64,000 nt of DNA, from the IMG/VR virus record IMGVR_UViG_3300042544_001887, one strand, 5' to 3'. The translations under genes were made by a program, and so were the position numbers. Shown here piece after piece: positions 1-8,222 of the stretch. The notes under the pieces were generated by a model, which made no database searches, had not been told where the DNA came from, and worked only from the letters and a program-made list of their open reading frames with translations. The stretch's first letter is position 1, and the number at the start of each line of letters is the position of its first letter. The stretch is from a virus (taxonomy: Duplodnaviria; Heunggongvirae; Uroviricota; Caudoviricetes).

Positions 1-96
1 TGCAGAACGTGTAGCAAATGGTTTCCGGCTGTTTGGTAAGTATTACCAATCGCTTTGGGACTAAAATACACATATAAAAACTTATAGGATTAAAAG

Positions 97-798
97 ATGC
101 AAAACATCGCAGTTAGCTGGGATATAATGTTTAATGAAGATACATCGAAAAATAAGAAAGAAGAAACAAAACTTATTACGTTTCATCACGATCCGTTAGC
201 CTTTACTATAAAAATGGACAGTGACGGGATGAGTTTAGGAGAGATTCACACTGCACTTTTGCTTGCTAATACCACCGAAGTTGAACAGTGTTTTATCGAT
301 GAAGCAAGTAAAATACGTAGCTTTTTCAACCACTCGATCCTTCTAAGACGTCTTAAAAATGAATTTATTAGTTCATTTATGGAAATTGTTGAAGCACTTA
401 ACAACAATGTATACGTTGTAGATGAATCACACCTAAAAGCATTGGTAAAATTACCCGACTTTTTTAAAGAGTCAACCGAAACTAACATGCTGTTTGCAGA
501 ACACGTATCTTTAAGTATTAACCAACCATCTGGCGATTTGTCTGATACATGGAATTTTGTTAAGAAAATAAAAAGATCAAGCAAACACGAAAATCAATAT
601 CGTTATTATTTTACCAATGACAAAAAGCAGTTGCTTAGTTTTTTTGTAAATGTTTCGGACAGATCTTTTCCTGTATGGAATTATATTGCAAGCAGCGGGC
701 CTGTTGGTATAAAAGGATATGCCTATCCTAATAAACAACCAGGGCACGACTTTATTTTTTACAAGATGAGTAACTATGAATTTTATCCCGTCCGTTGA
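97..798 (+). CDS. hypothetical protein
   Basis: 233-aa ORF, AGGA-like RBS upstream, no recognisable motif. Confidence 0.45.
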   Translation: MQNIAVSWDIMFNEDTSKNKKEETKLITFHHDPLAFTIKMDSDGMSLGEIHTALLLANTTEVEQCFIDEASKIRSFFNHSILLRRLKNEFISSFMEIVEALNNNVYVVDESHLKALVKLPDFFKESTETNMLFAEHVSLSINQPSGDLSDTWNFVKKIKRSSKHENQYRYYFTNDKKQLLSFFVNVSDRSFPVWNYIASSGPVGIKGYAYPNKQPGHDFIFYKMSNYEFYPVR

Positions 799-1018
799 AC
801 AACTTATAAGTTTAGCAAAAGAAGCAGAAATAACAGATCCGTTGAACTGGGACTTGATCAAGGTTGACAAAGAAACAGTTTATAGTATTATGGCTTCAAA
901 TGTGCTAGAACAGTTTGCATCTTTAAAAGATGAAGAAAAATTAGTTATAGCAATGGGAACTGTAACCAAGCTTTTGGTTGAAAATTTTTACTTACATATG
1001 AAAGAAAAACTAAAATGA
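776..1018 (+). CDS. hypothetical protein
   Basis: 80-aa ORF overlapping upstream ORF end. Confidence 0.3.
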   Translation: MNFIPSVEQLISLAKEAEITDPLNWDLIKVDKETVYSIMASNVLEQFASLKDEEKLVIAMGTVTKLLVENFYLHMKEKLK

Positions 1019-1422
1019 AAGTAGGATCTAGCCTTAGCCGGTGTGTGCGAGACATTTATGAAGGCACAGTTGACATTTATGATGTGCTAGTGATTGTTGC
1101 CCGTACAGATTTCGATCCCGAAGATGATCGTCATTGGAAATCGATCTGGAAAGGTTACGCTGGAGGCAACAGCACGGGCAGTCTGTATAGCCAGCCAGAA
1201 TGGAGTGTTATTCCTGCAGAAGACGAATCTAAGGTTAGAGACATCTGTGTTCAACTTAAGAAGCTAGGCAAGTTGCATCAGCCTCGACAGTACGGTGCTC
1301 ATCCTACAAGATTGAATCACTATTGGTATGATGTTATACTTACAGATGACGTTGTAAATACAAATCCCGCAGCTAAGAAAGCATGGGATAATTATAAGAC
1401 GATTGCTGGCCTTTCTAAATAA
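1015..1422 (+). CDS. hypothetical protein
   Basis: 135-aa ORF, ATGA start/stop overlap with upstream ORF. Confidence 0.4.
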   Translation: MKVGSSLSRCVRDIYEGTVDIYDVLVIVARTDFDPEDDRHWKSIWKGYAGGNSTGSLYSQPEWSVIPAEDESKVRDICVQLKKLGKLHQPRQYGAHPTRLNHYWYDVILTDDVVNTNPAAKKAWDNYKTIAGLSK

Positions 1423-1450
1423 TTTTTTCAAAAAAGATAAATAAAACTAG

Positions 1451-1479
1451 TTGACAGATAAATAAAGTTGTAGTAAGTT
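1451..1479 (+). promoter_or_regulatory. sigma70-like promoter (TTGACA, weak -10)
   Basis: TTGACA at 1451; -10 ambiguous (taagtt/tactat). Confidence 0.3.
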
Positions 1480-1640
1480 ACTACTATAAGTTTAAAACAA
1501 CATAAGAAAGACACATTGTAATGAAACTCGCATATGAACATAAGTTTATGATTAGAAGCATTGAAAAATGCCGCGAGTATCGCTATGGCGTCTCGGAGGG
1601 TTCAGCTGTATGATGTGATTAACACACATATAGATTTACA

Positions 1641-1674
1641 AACCCTCCAGTAGCAATACTAGGAGGGTTTTTCA
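1641..1674 (+). terminator. intrinsic terminator
   Basis: aaccctcc...ggagggtt stem followed by TTTTT. Confidence 0.6.
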
Positions 1675-1873
1675 TTATGTGCATATAGGAAACGAGGTCC
1701 TACTCAAAGCACTTTAAAAAACAGAGAAACGGGCGGGCTAGTGGATGAAATGACCGGAGATAACGGCAGAGTAAAATACTAGCAGGTAATAGTAAAGCAC
1801 ACTCGTTCTGCCGGGCTGCGAACCCGGAATTGGACTGCATAGCGGAGAGTGTGTTTCACTATTACAAATAATT

Positions 1874-1960
1874 GGTCGGTGGCCCGGATGGTAAGGGGAT
1901 GGACTGCAACTCCATAGCACTGCACGACAGTAATCAGTTCGATTCTGATACCGACCTCCA
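1874..1960 (+). tRNA. tRNA with long variable arm, apparent anticodon GCA (atypical; Cys-like anticodon on type II body)
   Basis: 7-bp acceptor ggtcggt/accgacc, T-arm atcag-ttcgatt-ctgat, encoded CCA, anticodon loop ctGCAac. Confidence 0.45.
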
Positions 1961-1965
1961 CAATT

Positions 1966-2042
1966 GGTGCCGTAACTCAGTTGGTCAGAGTGCATCGCTC
2001 ATAACGATGAAGTCGGTGGTTCAAATCCACCCGGCACCACCA
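1966..2042 (+). tRNA. tRNA-Met (CAT)
   Basis: acceptor ggtgccg/cggcacc, loop ctCATaa, T-loop ttcaaat, CCA. Confidence 0.75.
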
Positions 2043-2047
2043 AAATT

Positions 2048-2124
2048 GGGACATTGGACTTCTTGGCGAAGGTCGCCGCCCTTTCAAGGCGGAGAAACGG
2101 GTTCGAAACCCGTATGTCCTACCA
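2048..2124 (+). tRNA. tRNA-Glu (TTC)
   Basis: acceptor gggacat/atgtcct, anticodon stem ccgcc/ggcgg loop ctTTCaa, CCA. Confidence 0.7.
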
Positions 2125-2165
2125 AAATAGATCAAGCCTAGTCGATCTCGAAAATCACTAGGCCC

Positions 2166-2231
2166 GCTCCTGAGGATCAAGCCATCGGAAGGTTCGAGAC
2201 TTCCTTTGCAGGGTCGTCACCTGCCAGGAGT
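2166..2231 (+). ncRNA. non-canonical tRNA-like RNA (8-nt loop gttcgaga in anticodon position)
   Basis: acceptor-like stem gctcctg/caggagt enclosing two 5-bp hairpins; no CCA, no TTC T-loop. Confidence 0.25.
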
Positions 2232-2240
2232 AACATACAT

Positions 2241-2325
2241 GGGAGAGACGCCTCAAGGTGAGGCAGTGGATTGTAAATCCATCGCGGCAACGCACGGACG
2301 GGTTCGATTCCCTCCTCTCCCACCA
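2241..2325 (+). tRNA. tRNA-Tyr (GTA), type II
   Basis: acceptor gggagag/ctctccc, loop ttGTAaa, long variable arm, T-loop ttcgatt, CCA. Confidence 0.65.
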
Positions 2326-2331
2326 AAATTA

Positions 2332-2407
2332 GGGTCTCTGGTATAGCTGGTGCGTACGGCTGCCTGAAGAGCAGTAGGACACGGTTCGATTCCGTGGGGA
2401 CCCGCCA
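2332..2407 (+). tRNA. tRNA-Phe (GAA)
   Basis: acceptor gggtctc/gggaccc, loop ctGAAga, T-arm cacgg-ttcgatt-ccgtg, CCA. Confidence 0.7.
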
Positions 2408-2616
2408 AGAATTATACTACCATAAACACGAAAGAAAATAAAATGAAACTTGATCCGGAAGAAAGAATCTTCTTGACTGAAGAAGAATTGAAGCGTATAC
2501 ATGATGCTTGTGCTAATCCACCGGAACCAACAGACTATGTAAGACGCTATATTAACGCATATAGGAGAAAAAATGAAACGAAAACGTAACGCAGAAGATT
2601 ATGACAAACGCAACAT

Positions 2617-2692
2617 GGACCGGTAGCTGAGGTGGTTTTAGCACCCGACTTTTAATCGGAGTACGTGGGTTCGAGTCCCACCCGGTCCACCA
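2617..2692 (+). tRNA. tRNA-Lys (TTT)
   Basis: acceptor ggaccgg/ccggtcc, loop ctTTTaa, T-arm gtggg-ttcgagt-cccac, CCA. Confidence 0.7.
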
Positions 2693-2702
2693 TAGTTTTG
2701 AT

Positions 2703-2794
2703 GATACACTGACGCCGCGTGGTTACGGCTATACAACTAGGCTTATCGCAACCTAATAACCATAGAGGGTTGAGTCGAGGTTGAGCAGTGTATC
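2703..2794 (+). ncRNA. structured spacer RNA closed by 9-bp stem (gatacactg/cagtgtatc)
   Basis: perfect long-range inverted repeat with internal hairpins between tRNAs. Confidence 0.35.
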
Positions 2795-2811
2795 TTTTAA
2801 ACTATGAATAT

Positions 2812-2887
2812 TGTTCCATAGCACAACTGGTTAGTGCAGGCGACTGATAATCGTCAGATCTGAGTTCGAGTCTCGGTGGAACAACCA
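2812..2887 (+). tRNA. tRNA-Ile (GAT)
   Basis: acceptor tgttcca/tggaaca, loop ctGATaa, T-loop ttcgagt, CCA. Confidence 0.7.
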
Positions 2888-3100
2888 AAATTAGTAGGAA
2901 GACAGCCAGTGGAAGAACAGGAATATTACGCACCGTGGGAATGGCAGCCGATCGAATTCATGCCTAACGGATGTAATGATGTTGTTGTAAGAGACCGTGA
3001 AGGCAACACTCGAGAATTGTGTTCATGCGATTACTGGTGGTTGTCAGCAGAAGATAAAAAGATTTACACATCTTTTAGATTTGTGTAATTTTAACATAAT

Positions 3101-3175
3101 GCCGTGCTTGGTGTAAGGGTAGCATACCGCACTGTGACTGCGTTGGAATAGGTTCAAATCCTATACACGGTACCA
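3101..3175 (+). tRNA. tRNA-His (GTG)
   Basis: loop ctGTGac, T-arm atagg-ttcaaat-cctat, CCA; acceptor has G1-U72 wobble. Confidence 0.6.
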
Positions 3176-3187
3176 ATACAAATTTAA

Positions 3188-3781
3188 TTATTGTACTTTT
3201 TTACTTAATACTCTGTATATGTCGTTATAGTTATTTTTATATTTCGACTCATTGACAATTTCGTAGTTATATAATTGGTTTAATACCTTTAAACCATGTA
3301 TTCCATCTTTAGTATCTAATTGATTGCATGTACCTATTACATGATCTGACAATGACAAACTATAATCAAATAGTTCTTCCCAAGTATTATTATATGGATA
3401 CAGTTCTATAATTACCATTTGATGTTTTTTAGTGTAATTAAAAAAATCACATTTCATAGCTGTGATGTTTGGGTAGTTGTGCATTGTGTTAAACAGTGCT
3501 AGGGTGTTTTGTTTTTTTAAAAACTTATCCGCACAAGTCATCTTATGAAGATCACGCAACTCTTCGTATGTTTCAATATAGTGAAACGTATCTATTGCAG
3601 TAACATGTGTCTTTGGAAATGAACGACAAATTGCCGCAGCAACTCTGCCGCCAAATGTGCCAGCACACAAAACGTCACGTATATCATTGTTTGATATATG
3701 ATCGCAAATATTAACTATTTCCTCGTATCCAGTCCAATTTGGAAAGTCCATTAGTATATTATATTTGCTTTTATATGACAT
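3188..3781 (-). CDS. hypothetical protein (possible SAM-dependent methyltransferase-like; VLCAGTFGG)
   Basis: 197-aa ORF, only - strand gene nearby; glycine-rich motif I-like stretch. Confidence 0.4.
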   Translation of the reverse strand: MSYKSKYNILMDFPNWTGYEEIVNICDHISNNDIRDVLCAGTFGGRVAAAICRSFPKTHVTAIDTFHYIETYEELRDLHKMTCADKFLKKQNTLALFNTMHNYPNITAMKCDFFNYTKKHQMVIIELYPYNNTWEELFDYSLSLSDHVIGTCNQLDTKDGIHGLKVLNQLYNYEIVNESKYKNNYNDIYRVLSKKVQ

Positions 3782-3837
3782 GTGATATTCCTTGTATAAC
3801 TAAAACGTATTTATAAAACTTAAAATAAGAGAGATAA

Positions 3838-4269
3838 ATGATGAGCAAATATGACACATATAACAGATTAACCGAACCTGTAAAATCATTTGATGAACTA
3901 CGCGGCCGTGCGTTAACTCGTGTTGAAAAAATCGGAAACGACGAATTGCGTTTCTACTTAACAGATGAACATTATGTTCGTATGCATCACAATCAAGATT
4001 GTTGCGAATCAGTAACAATCGAGGATATTGTTGGTGATTTAGACGATTTAGTCGGAACTCCGTTGCTGGTTGTCGAAGAACGTGTTTCTCGTAACGATGG
4101 CGGTACAGATGAACTGTATTGTGATTCATACACTTGGACATACTACAGTTTTCGCACTATCAAAGGTAGTGTAGATATTCGTTGGTATGGAAGTAGCAAT
4201 GGATACTATTCAGAAGGTGTTGACATTGACATTGTAACACCCGATGCAGAAAATCAAGTAGAAATCTAA
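3838..4269 (+). CDS. hypothetical protein
   Basis: 143-aa ORF. Confidence 0.45.
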   Translation: MMSKYDTYNRLTEPVKSFDELRGRALTRVEKIGNDELRFYLTDEHYVRMHHNQDCCESVTIEDIVGDLDDLVGTPLLVVEERVSRNDGGTDELYCDSYTWTYYSFRTIKGSVDIRWYGSSNGYYSEGVDIDIVTPDAENQVEI

Positions 4270-4338
4270 GGCCAAAGGCTTAGATCACATCAAGTTAAAC
4301 TGTATTATTTCTATATACTGTCATTTTATAAATATTTT

Positions 4339-4851
4339 ATGAGGGTATTACTAATAATAACGCTATTATTATCTCTTTCTGCTTGTGCTGATTTTAAGAA
4401 AATTCTTCGACCCGAACCTACACCAGAACCGATAAAAACAGCAATAGAAAAAGTAGGTTGGAACGAGCATCAAGACCGCAGAGAAATAAGAGAATTTACT
4501 GGTGTAGATCCAGTAAGTACACAATGGTGTGCTGCGTTTGTAAACGCAGTTCTTGAAGAAAATGGGTTACCTGGATCGGAGTTCTATAACGAAAATCCAC
4601 TGTTAGCAAGAAGTTTTCTGTCCTGGGGTGTAGAGGTAGAAGAGCCCGAATACGGCGATATTGTAGTATTTGCTCGAGGCAATGAAGCTTGGAAGGGTCA
4701 TGTTGGGTTTTATGTAACTTCGACATATTTAGAAGGTCAAAAACACTACTTAGTTCTTGGCGGAAATCAAAACAACAGTGTCACATACAAAGCATATCCT
4801 ACTCGTAGACTGCTTTCTGTAAGACGACTTACAACAGAAGATACTGAATAA
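4339..4851 (+). CDS. lipoprotein, NlpC/P60-CHAP-like peptidoglycan hydrolase (TIGR02594-like)
   Basis: lipobox LSAC after signal peptide; motif WCAAFV...GHVGFY typical of phage CHAP/TIGR02594 proteins. Confidence 0.55.
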   Translation: MRVLLIITLLLSLSACADFKKILRPEPTPEPIKTAIEKVGWNEHQDRREIREFTGVDPVSTQWCAAFVNAVLEENGLPGSEFYNENPLLARSFLSWGVEVEEPEYGDIVVFARGNEAWKGHVGFYVTSTYLEGQKHYLVLGGNQNNSVTYKAYPTRRLLSVRRLTTEDTE

Positions 4852-4864
4852 AATTTAGTTTAAT

Positions 4865-4941
4865 GCTCTCGTAGCTCAATGGATTAGAGCGTCGGTCTAC
4901 GAAACCGAAGGTTAGAGGTTCGAGTCCTCTCGAGAGTGCCA
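4865..4941 (+). tRNA. tRNA-Arg (ACG)
   Basis: acceptor gctctcg/cgagagt, loop ctACGaa, T-loop ttcgagt, CCA. Confidence 0.7.
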
Positions 4942-4950
4942 AAATACTAG

Positions 4951-4979
4951 TTGACACTGGCATAGACAAGTGTTATTGT
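4951..4979 (+). promoter_or_regulatory. sigma70-like promoter
   Basis: TTGACA-N17-TATTGT with TGt extended -10. Confidence 0.45.
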
Positions 4980-5004
4980 GAGTGCAACAAGAAAGGAAAT
5001 ACAC

Positions 5005-5301
5005 ATGAATAAAATTCTAATTTCTGCACTTTTTGCCTTTGTTTCTACTGCTGCTACTGCAAAAACAGTTTATTACCCCGAAGCTGCATGTAACGAAATT
5101 CTCAGCAGCGAATACAGCACTGGTGGGGGTGATTCCAGCTGGGAGATGTACGAAATTCTTTGCCGTGACGCTAATGGAAAATACACTACCTTTGTTACCA
5201 GCTGGATGAGTGTTGCAGGGTTCTTTGGTATGGGTCGAGTTGCATACGAAGAAACGATTGACCTTGTACCCTACAACGGTACTACATTGAAGGCTGAATA
5301 A
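5005..5301 (+). CDS. small secreted protein (signal peptide)
   Basis: MNKILISALFAFVSTAATA signal; AAGGAAA RBS before internal ATG. Confidence 0.45.
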   Translation: MNKILISALFAFVSTAATAKTVYYPEAACNEILSSEYSTGGGDSSWEMYEILCRDANGKYTTFVTSWMSVAGFFGMGRVAYEETIDLVPYNGTTLKAE

Positions 5302-5302
5302 A

Positions 5303-5746
5303 ATGAAAATCGAATATCGTAAAGGCAACATGTTTGAAACTGACATCCTGCATATTGCACATGGCTGCAATGCACAAGGTGTTATGGGATCTGGCGTTGC
5401 TAAGATTGTAAAAGAAGATTACTTTGATGCATATCGTTTCTACGCAGAACAGTACGACGAGCATGGACTTAAATTAGGAGATGTGCAGTTTGTTCCTGCA
5501 AACGGCAAAGTAATCATCAATGCTGTTACGCAGAATCTGTACGGCAAAGACGGTCGTCGTTTTGTTAATTACGAAGCAGTTGCAGAGTGCATGAGAACTA
5601 TTAATAGTGTACTTAAGCAAAGTGGCGAAACTCATGTTGCTATGCCGCAAATTGGTGCCGGCCTTGGTGGCGGCGATTGGCGTGTGATTGAAGCAATCAT
5701 TGAAAGCGAAATGACAGACATTCAACCTGTGGTGTATGTACTGTGA
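5303..5746 (+). CDS. macro domain protein (ADP-ribose binding/processing)
   Basis: 147 aa; NAAN-like and glycine-rich GVMGSGVA motifs of macro domains. Confidence 0.65.
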   Translation: MKIEYRKGNMFETDILHIAHGCNAQGVMGSGVAKIVKEDYFDAYRFYAEQYDEHGLKLGDVQFVPANGKVIINAVTQNLYGKDGRRFVNYEAVAECMRTINSVLKQSGETHVAMPQIGAGLGGGDWRVIEAIIESEMTDIQPVVYVL

Positions 5747-5919
5747 CAACACCCTTAGCAGATCAGAAGATATTCTCACTCAATGATCTCATTGAAATGG
5801 GTCTTATTACACGTAAACAGTTAGAAGATCACATCCGATACATGGAAGCAAAACAGTTAGTAAAAGAACTGTTTCCAGGAATGTTTTAAAAATAAAGAAT
5901 AGGTAGCCGCGACTACCTT

Positions 5920-6047
5920 GGCTAGGAGACTATTTGCATTGTGCATCGTGGGGCCTTTGTGTAGTAGACTGTTTCGTCTAACGGAGAGGACGCCGGTGGA
6001 GATCCGGAGATACAGGTTCGAGTCCTGTAGCAGTTTTGCTCCTAGCC
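5920..6047 (+). ncRNA. tRNA-like small RNA (128 nt, 9-bp terminal stem, internal T-arm-like hairpin)
   Basis: ggctaggag/ctcctagcc stem; acagg-ttcgagt-cctgt hairpin; does not fit cloverleaf, no CCA. Confidence 0.3.
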
Positions 6048-6058
6048 AAAATAATTTA

Positions 6059-6134
6059 GCCTTCGTAGCTCAACTGGAAGAGCAAGGGATTTCTACTCCC
6101 TAGGTTGTGGGTTCGACTCCTGCCGGGGGCACCA
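6059..6134 (+). tRNA. tRNA-Arg (TCT)
   Basis: acceptor gccttcg/cgggggc (2 GU), loop ttTCTac, T-loop ttcgact, CCA. Confidence 0.65.
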
Positions 6135-6143
6135 AAAAAGCTG

Positions 6144-6172
6144 TTGACACAGACTTGGCACTATGCTACAAC
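6144..6172 (+). promoter_or_regulatory. sigma70-like promoter
   Basis: TTGACA-N17-TGcTACAAC. Confidence 0.4.
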
Positions 6173-6204
6173 AAGTTATTGAATAACACATGAGGAACAC
6201 TGAG

Positions 6205-6594
6205 ATGAAGACTGCTTACAAGAACCGTGACGGCGAATGGGTTGTGGCCGAGCAGATCAAGATGAGCCGGTATGACCTTGAAGGTTCGGTAGATTCGATT
6301 AAGGCTGCACTGGACGAGGTTCGCGACCGTGCTACCGCAATGGGTATGGTGGGTGAAGGCACTGTTGACATCAGCCTGAACCGCGGCTTCTACTCGGACG
6401 ACTACGAAATAGAAGTGGAATACTCCTTCACTCGGTATGAATACCCTGTGGAGATGGAGCGGCGTTTGGAGCGTGAGGCCAAGGATAAGGCTGCGGCTGC
6501 TGCCAAGCGTAAGGAAGCCGCCCAGAAGCGGAAACTCAAGAACGATCCTGAGTATGTGGAGTTTGAACGGCTCCGGGCCAAGTTTGGTGGTTGA
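6205..6594 (+). CDS. hypothetical protein (GC-rich cassette 1)
   Basis: GAGGA RBS; local GC well above window average. Confidence 0.45.
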   Translation: MKTAYKNRDGEWVVAEQIKMSRYDLEGSVDSIKAALDEVRDRATAMGMVGEGTVDISLNRGFYSDDYEIEVEYSFTRYEYPVEMERRLEREAKDKAAAAAKRKEAAQKRKLKNDPEYVEFERLRAKFGG

Positions 6595-6619
6595 CAACAC
6601 TCTCCTGCTGTGCTATAAC
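6591..6619 (+). promoter_or_regulatory. sigma70-like promoter
   Basis: TTGACA-N17-TGcTATAAC. Confidence 0.5.
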
Positions 6620-6650
6620 AACAGCATAGGGCAACACGAGGAGAAATCAA

Positions 6651-6998
6651 ATGCCTTGTAGAGTCAACGACGAAGACTGGAAACCGCGTAAAGAAACCCG
6701 CCACGGGATGGATATCGAATCTTTCGAAGCTACACTTTGCGGCGTCTTCACTGCTGCAGAGGAAGGCGCCTTTGCGCCTACGGTTGTTGGCGGAGTTGAT
6801 GGCTTGCTGGATGTGATCGACTGGAAAGAAGCCGGAGTGAAACGCAAGACCGTTGAAGCATGGTGGAAGCGGCATAAGGCAGAAGATGCTGCCCGCCTTG
6901 CTCGCGAATCTGCTGAACGGCGTAAGGCTGAACTCAAGCGGATTGCGATCGGCAAACTCACTGCAGAAGAACTGGAAGTGTTGGGGATCAAACTCTAA
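6651..6998 (+). CDS. hypothetical protein (GC-rich cassette 2)
   Basis: AGGAGA RBS; 115 aa. Confidence 0.45.
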   Translation: MPCRVNDEDWKPRKETRHGMDIESFEATLCGVFTAAEEGAFAPTVVGGVDGLLDVIDWKEAGVKRKTVEAWWKRHKAEDAARLARESAERRKAELKRIAIGKLTAEELEVLGIKL

Positions 6999-7008
6999 CA
7001 CTTTCTGG

Positions 7009-7037
7009 TTGACATCCTACCTACACCGTGCTATGTA
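7009..7037 (+). promoter_or_regulatory. sigma70-like promoter
   Basis: TTGACA-N17-TGcTATGTA. Confidence 0.45.
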
Positions 7038-7069
7038 TATTGTATAGGGCAACAAGAGGACAACCACAG

Positions 7070-7321
7070 ATGCCGAATCCTGCTACTGCTCCCCGTGACG
7101 AATTGAACGAGTTTACTCGCTCTGTATGGCTGCTTGGTAACAGCAACTGGGGTAATCACGGTGTACGTCTTCGGAACGGGTTGATTGTCAAACCGATCTA
7201 CAAGCCCGCAGAAGACGAGACCAGTGAAGATGCATTCTTCACCGAAGACTATGAATACTGCTGGAACCTGGACGGCACTTCGGTAACCCGCAGGGACTTT
7301 GATATGATGGAGATCGTGTGA
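7070..7321 (+). CDS. hypothetical protein (GC-rich cassette 3)
   Basis: AGAGGA RBS before ATG at 7070. Confidence 0.4.
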   Translation: MPNPATAPRDELNEFTRSVWLLGNSNWGNHGVRLRNGLIVKPIYKPAEDETSEDAFFTEDYEYCWNLDGTSVTRRDFDMMEIV

Positions 7322-7322
7322 T

Positions 7323-7730
7323 ATGATCAGAGACCTATTCGTTCCTGTGGCTGAACTGCTGTTCTGGTTCACCGGCGGAGAACTACTGCTGAATACCTGG
7401 TGGTTCTTTGTGTGGGTTGTTGGTGGTGCGTTCCTTGTAACCTTGCCGCTGTGGTTAGGTATGCGTCTGGCCAGACGTGGTAGTAACCTCAAGTGGATAC
7501 CTGGCACACTCTTCCTAGTCGGCTTCTTCCCTGCCTTACTGCTGATCACCAGCCCAGGCATCATCCAAGCCGACTTGATGGAAGAATGCCTACCCGTCCA
7601 GACCGTAACAGTGGATACCGCACAGGTCAAAGGTATTGAAGTTCGAGTTCGCCAGTGTCGCTTCAAGGCCAACTACTATGACAAAAATTATGGTGAATGG
7701 CAAGCCTGGGCGGTTGACCGGCACCAATAA
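7323..7730 (+). CDS. membrane protein, 3-4 predicted TM helices
   Basis: hydrophobic segments; ATG overlaps upstream stop. Confidence 0.45.
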   Translation: MIRDLFVPVAELLFWFTGGELLLNTWWFFVWVVGGAFLVTLPLWLGMRLARRGSNLKWIPGTLFLVGFFPALLLITSPGIIQADLMEECLPVQTVTVDTAQVKGIEVRVRQCRFKANYYDKNYGEWQAWAVDRHQ

Positions 7731-8015
7731 CTGTATTATAAGCTGCATAAGGAGAGACCGGCAACTTGTGTAGTGCATGTAGTGACGACTTGCGGATAAC
7801 AGGTGGGATCGTGACATGTTGTAAATCTTTATGTAAGGGGTCGACACTTTATATAGAGAGAACGCTGCATACGCTGTGGGACCTCGGCGTATCATTAAGG
7901 TGATCAAATCACGCAGGGGTAAAAGCCCTAATGAGGGGTCCTAGGAATTAAAGGAAATACTGTGAGATATAGAAAGTTTTACGACGACTTCTAGGCTATA
8001 ACCTAGGAGAATCAA

Positions 8016-8222
8016 ATGGCAAAATCACCTGTTTACGGCAGAGGCCGTAATCGTAAACATAGAGGGCACCGCGGCCCTGTTCACGCTGCGGCTGCTAACA
8101 TCAATATGCGTGGCAAAAAAAGCAAACCTGACCACTGCTGGTGCTGTATTTGTATTGACATGCGTGAAGATATCTTGTATCGTATACACAAGAAGGAGAT
8201 GAGAGATGAAAGAGACACGTAA
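8016..8222 (+). CDS. small basic Cys-rich protein
   Basis: 68 aa, GAGAATCAAATG RBS, CWCCICI motif. Confidence 0.35.
   Translation: MAKSPVYGRGRNRKHRGHRGPVHAAAANINMRGKKSKPDHCWCCICIDMREDILYRIHKKEMRDERDT

Noticed and set aside
1741-1870. Possible minus-strand tRNA (ccggg-ttcgcag-cccgg hairpin with flanking cacactc/gagtgtg stem)
   Set aside because: Too short for a cloverleaf (about 25 nt between acceptor and T-arm), A58 absent, no CCA; kept only as a possible leader hairpin.
1738-2180. Track ORFs on both strands (1738-1995 -, 1779-1961 -, 1872-2141 +, 1977-2180 -) across the first tRNA cluster
   Set aside because: They run straight through well-formed tRNA genes, lack RBS and starts; artefacts of GC-rich tRNA sequence.
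5920-6047. Intron-containing tRNA or tmRNA
   Set aside because: No tag-peptide reading frame or tmRNA pseudoknot pattern, and too short for a group I intron; left as a tRNA-like small RNA candidate.
6166-7672. Long minus-strand ORFs (6166-6600, 6402-7001, 6647-6991, 7031-7672)
   Set aside because: They mirror the GC-rich plus-strand genes (typical antisense shadow ORFs in high-GC stretches). They have no promoters or RBS, while the plus-strand ORFs have promoter plus RBS.
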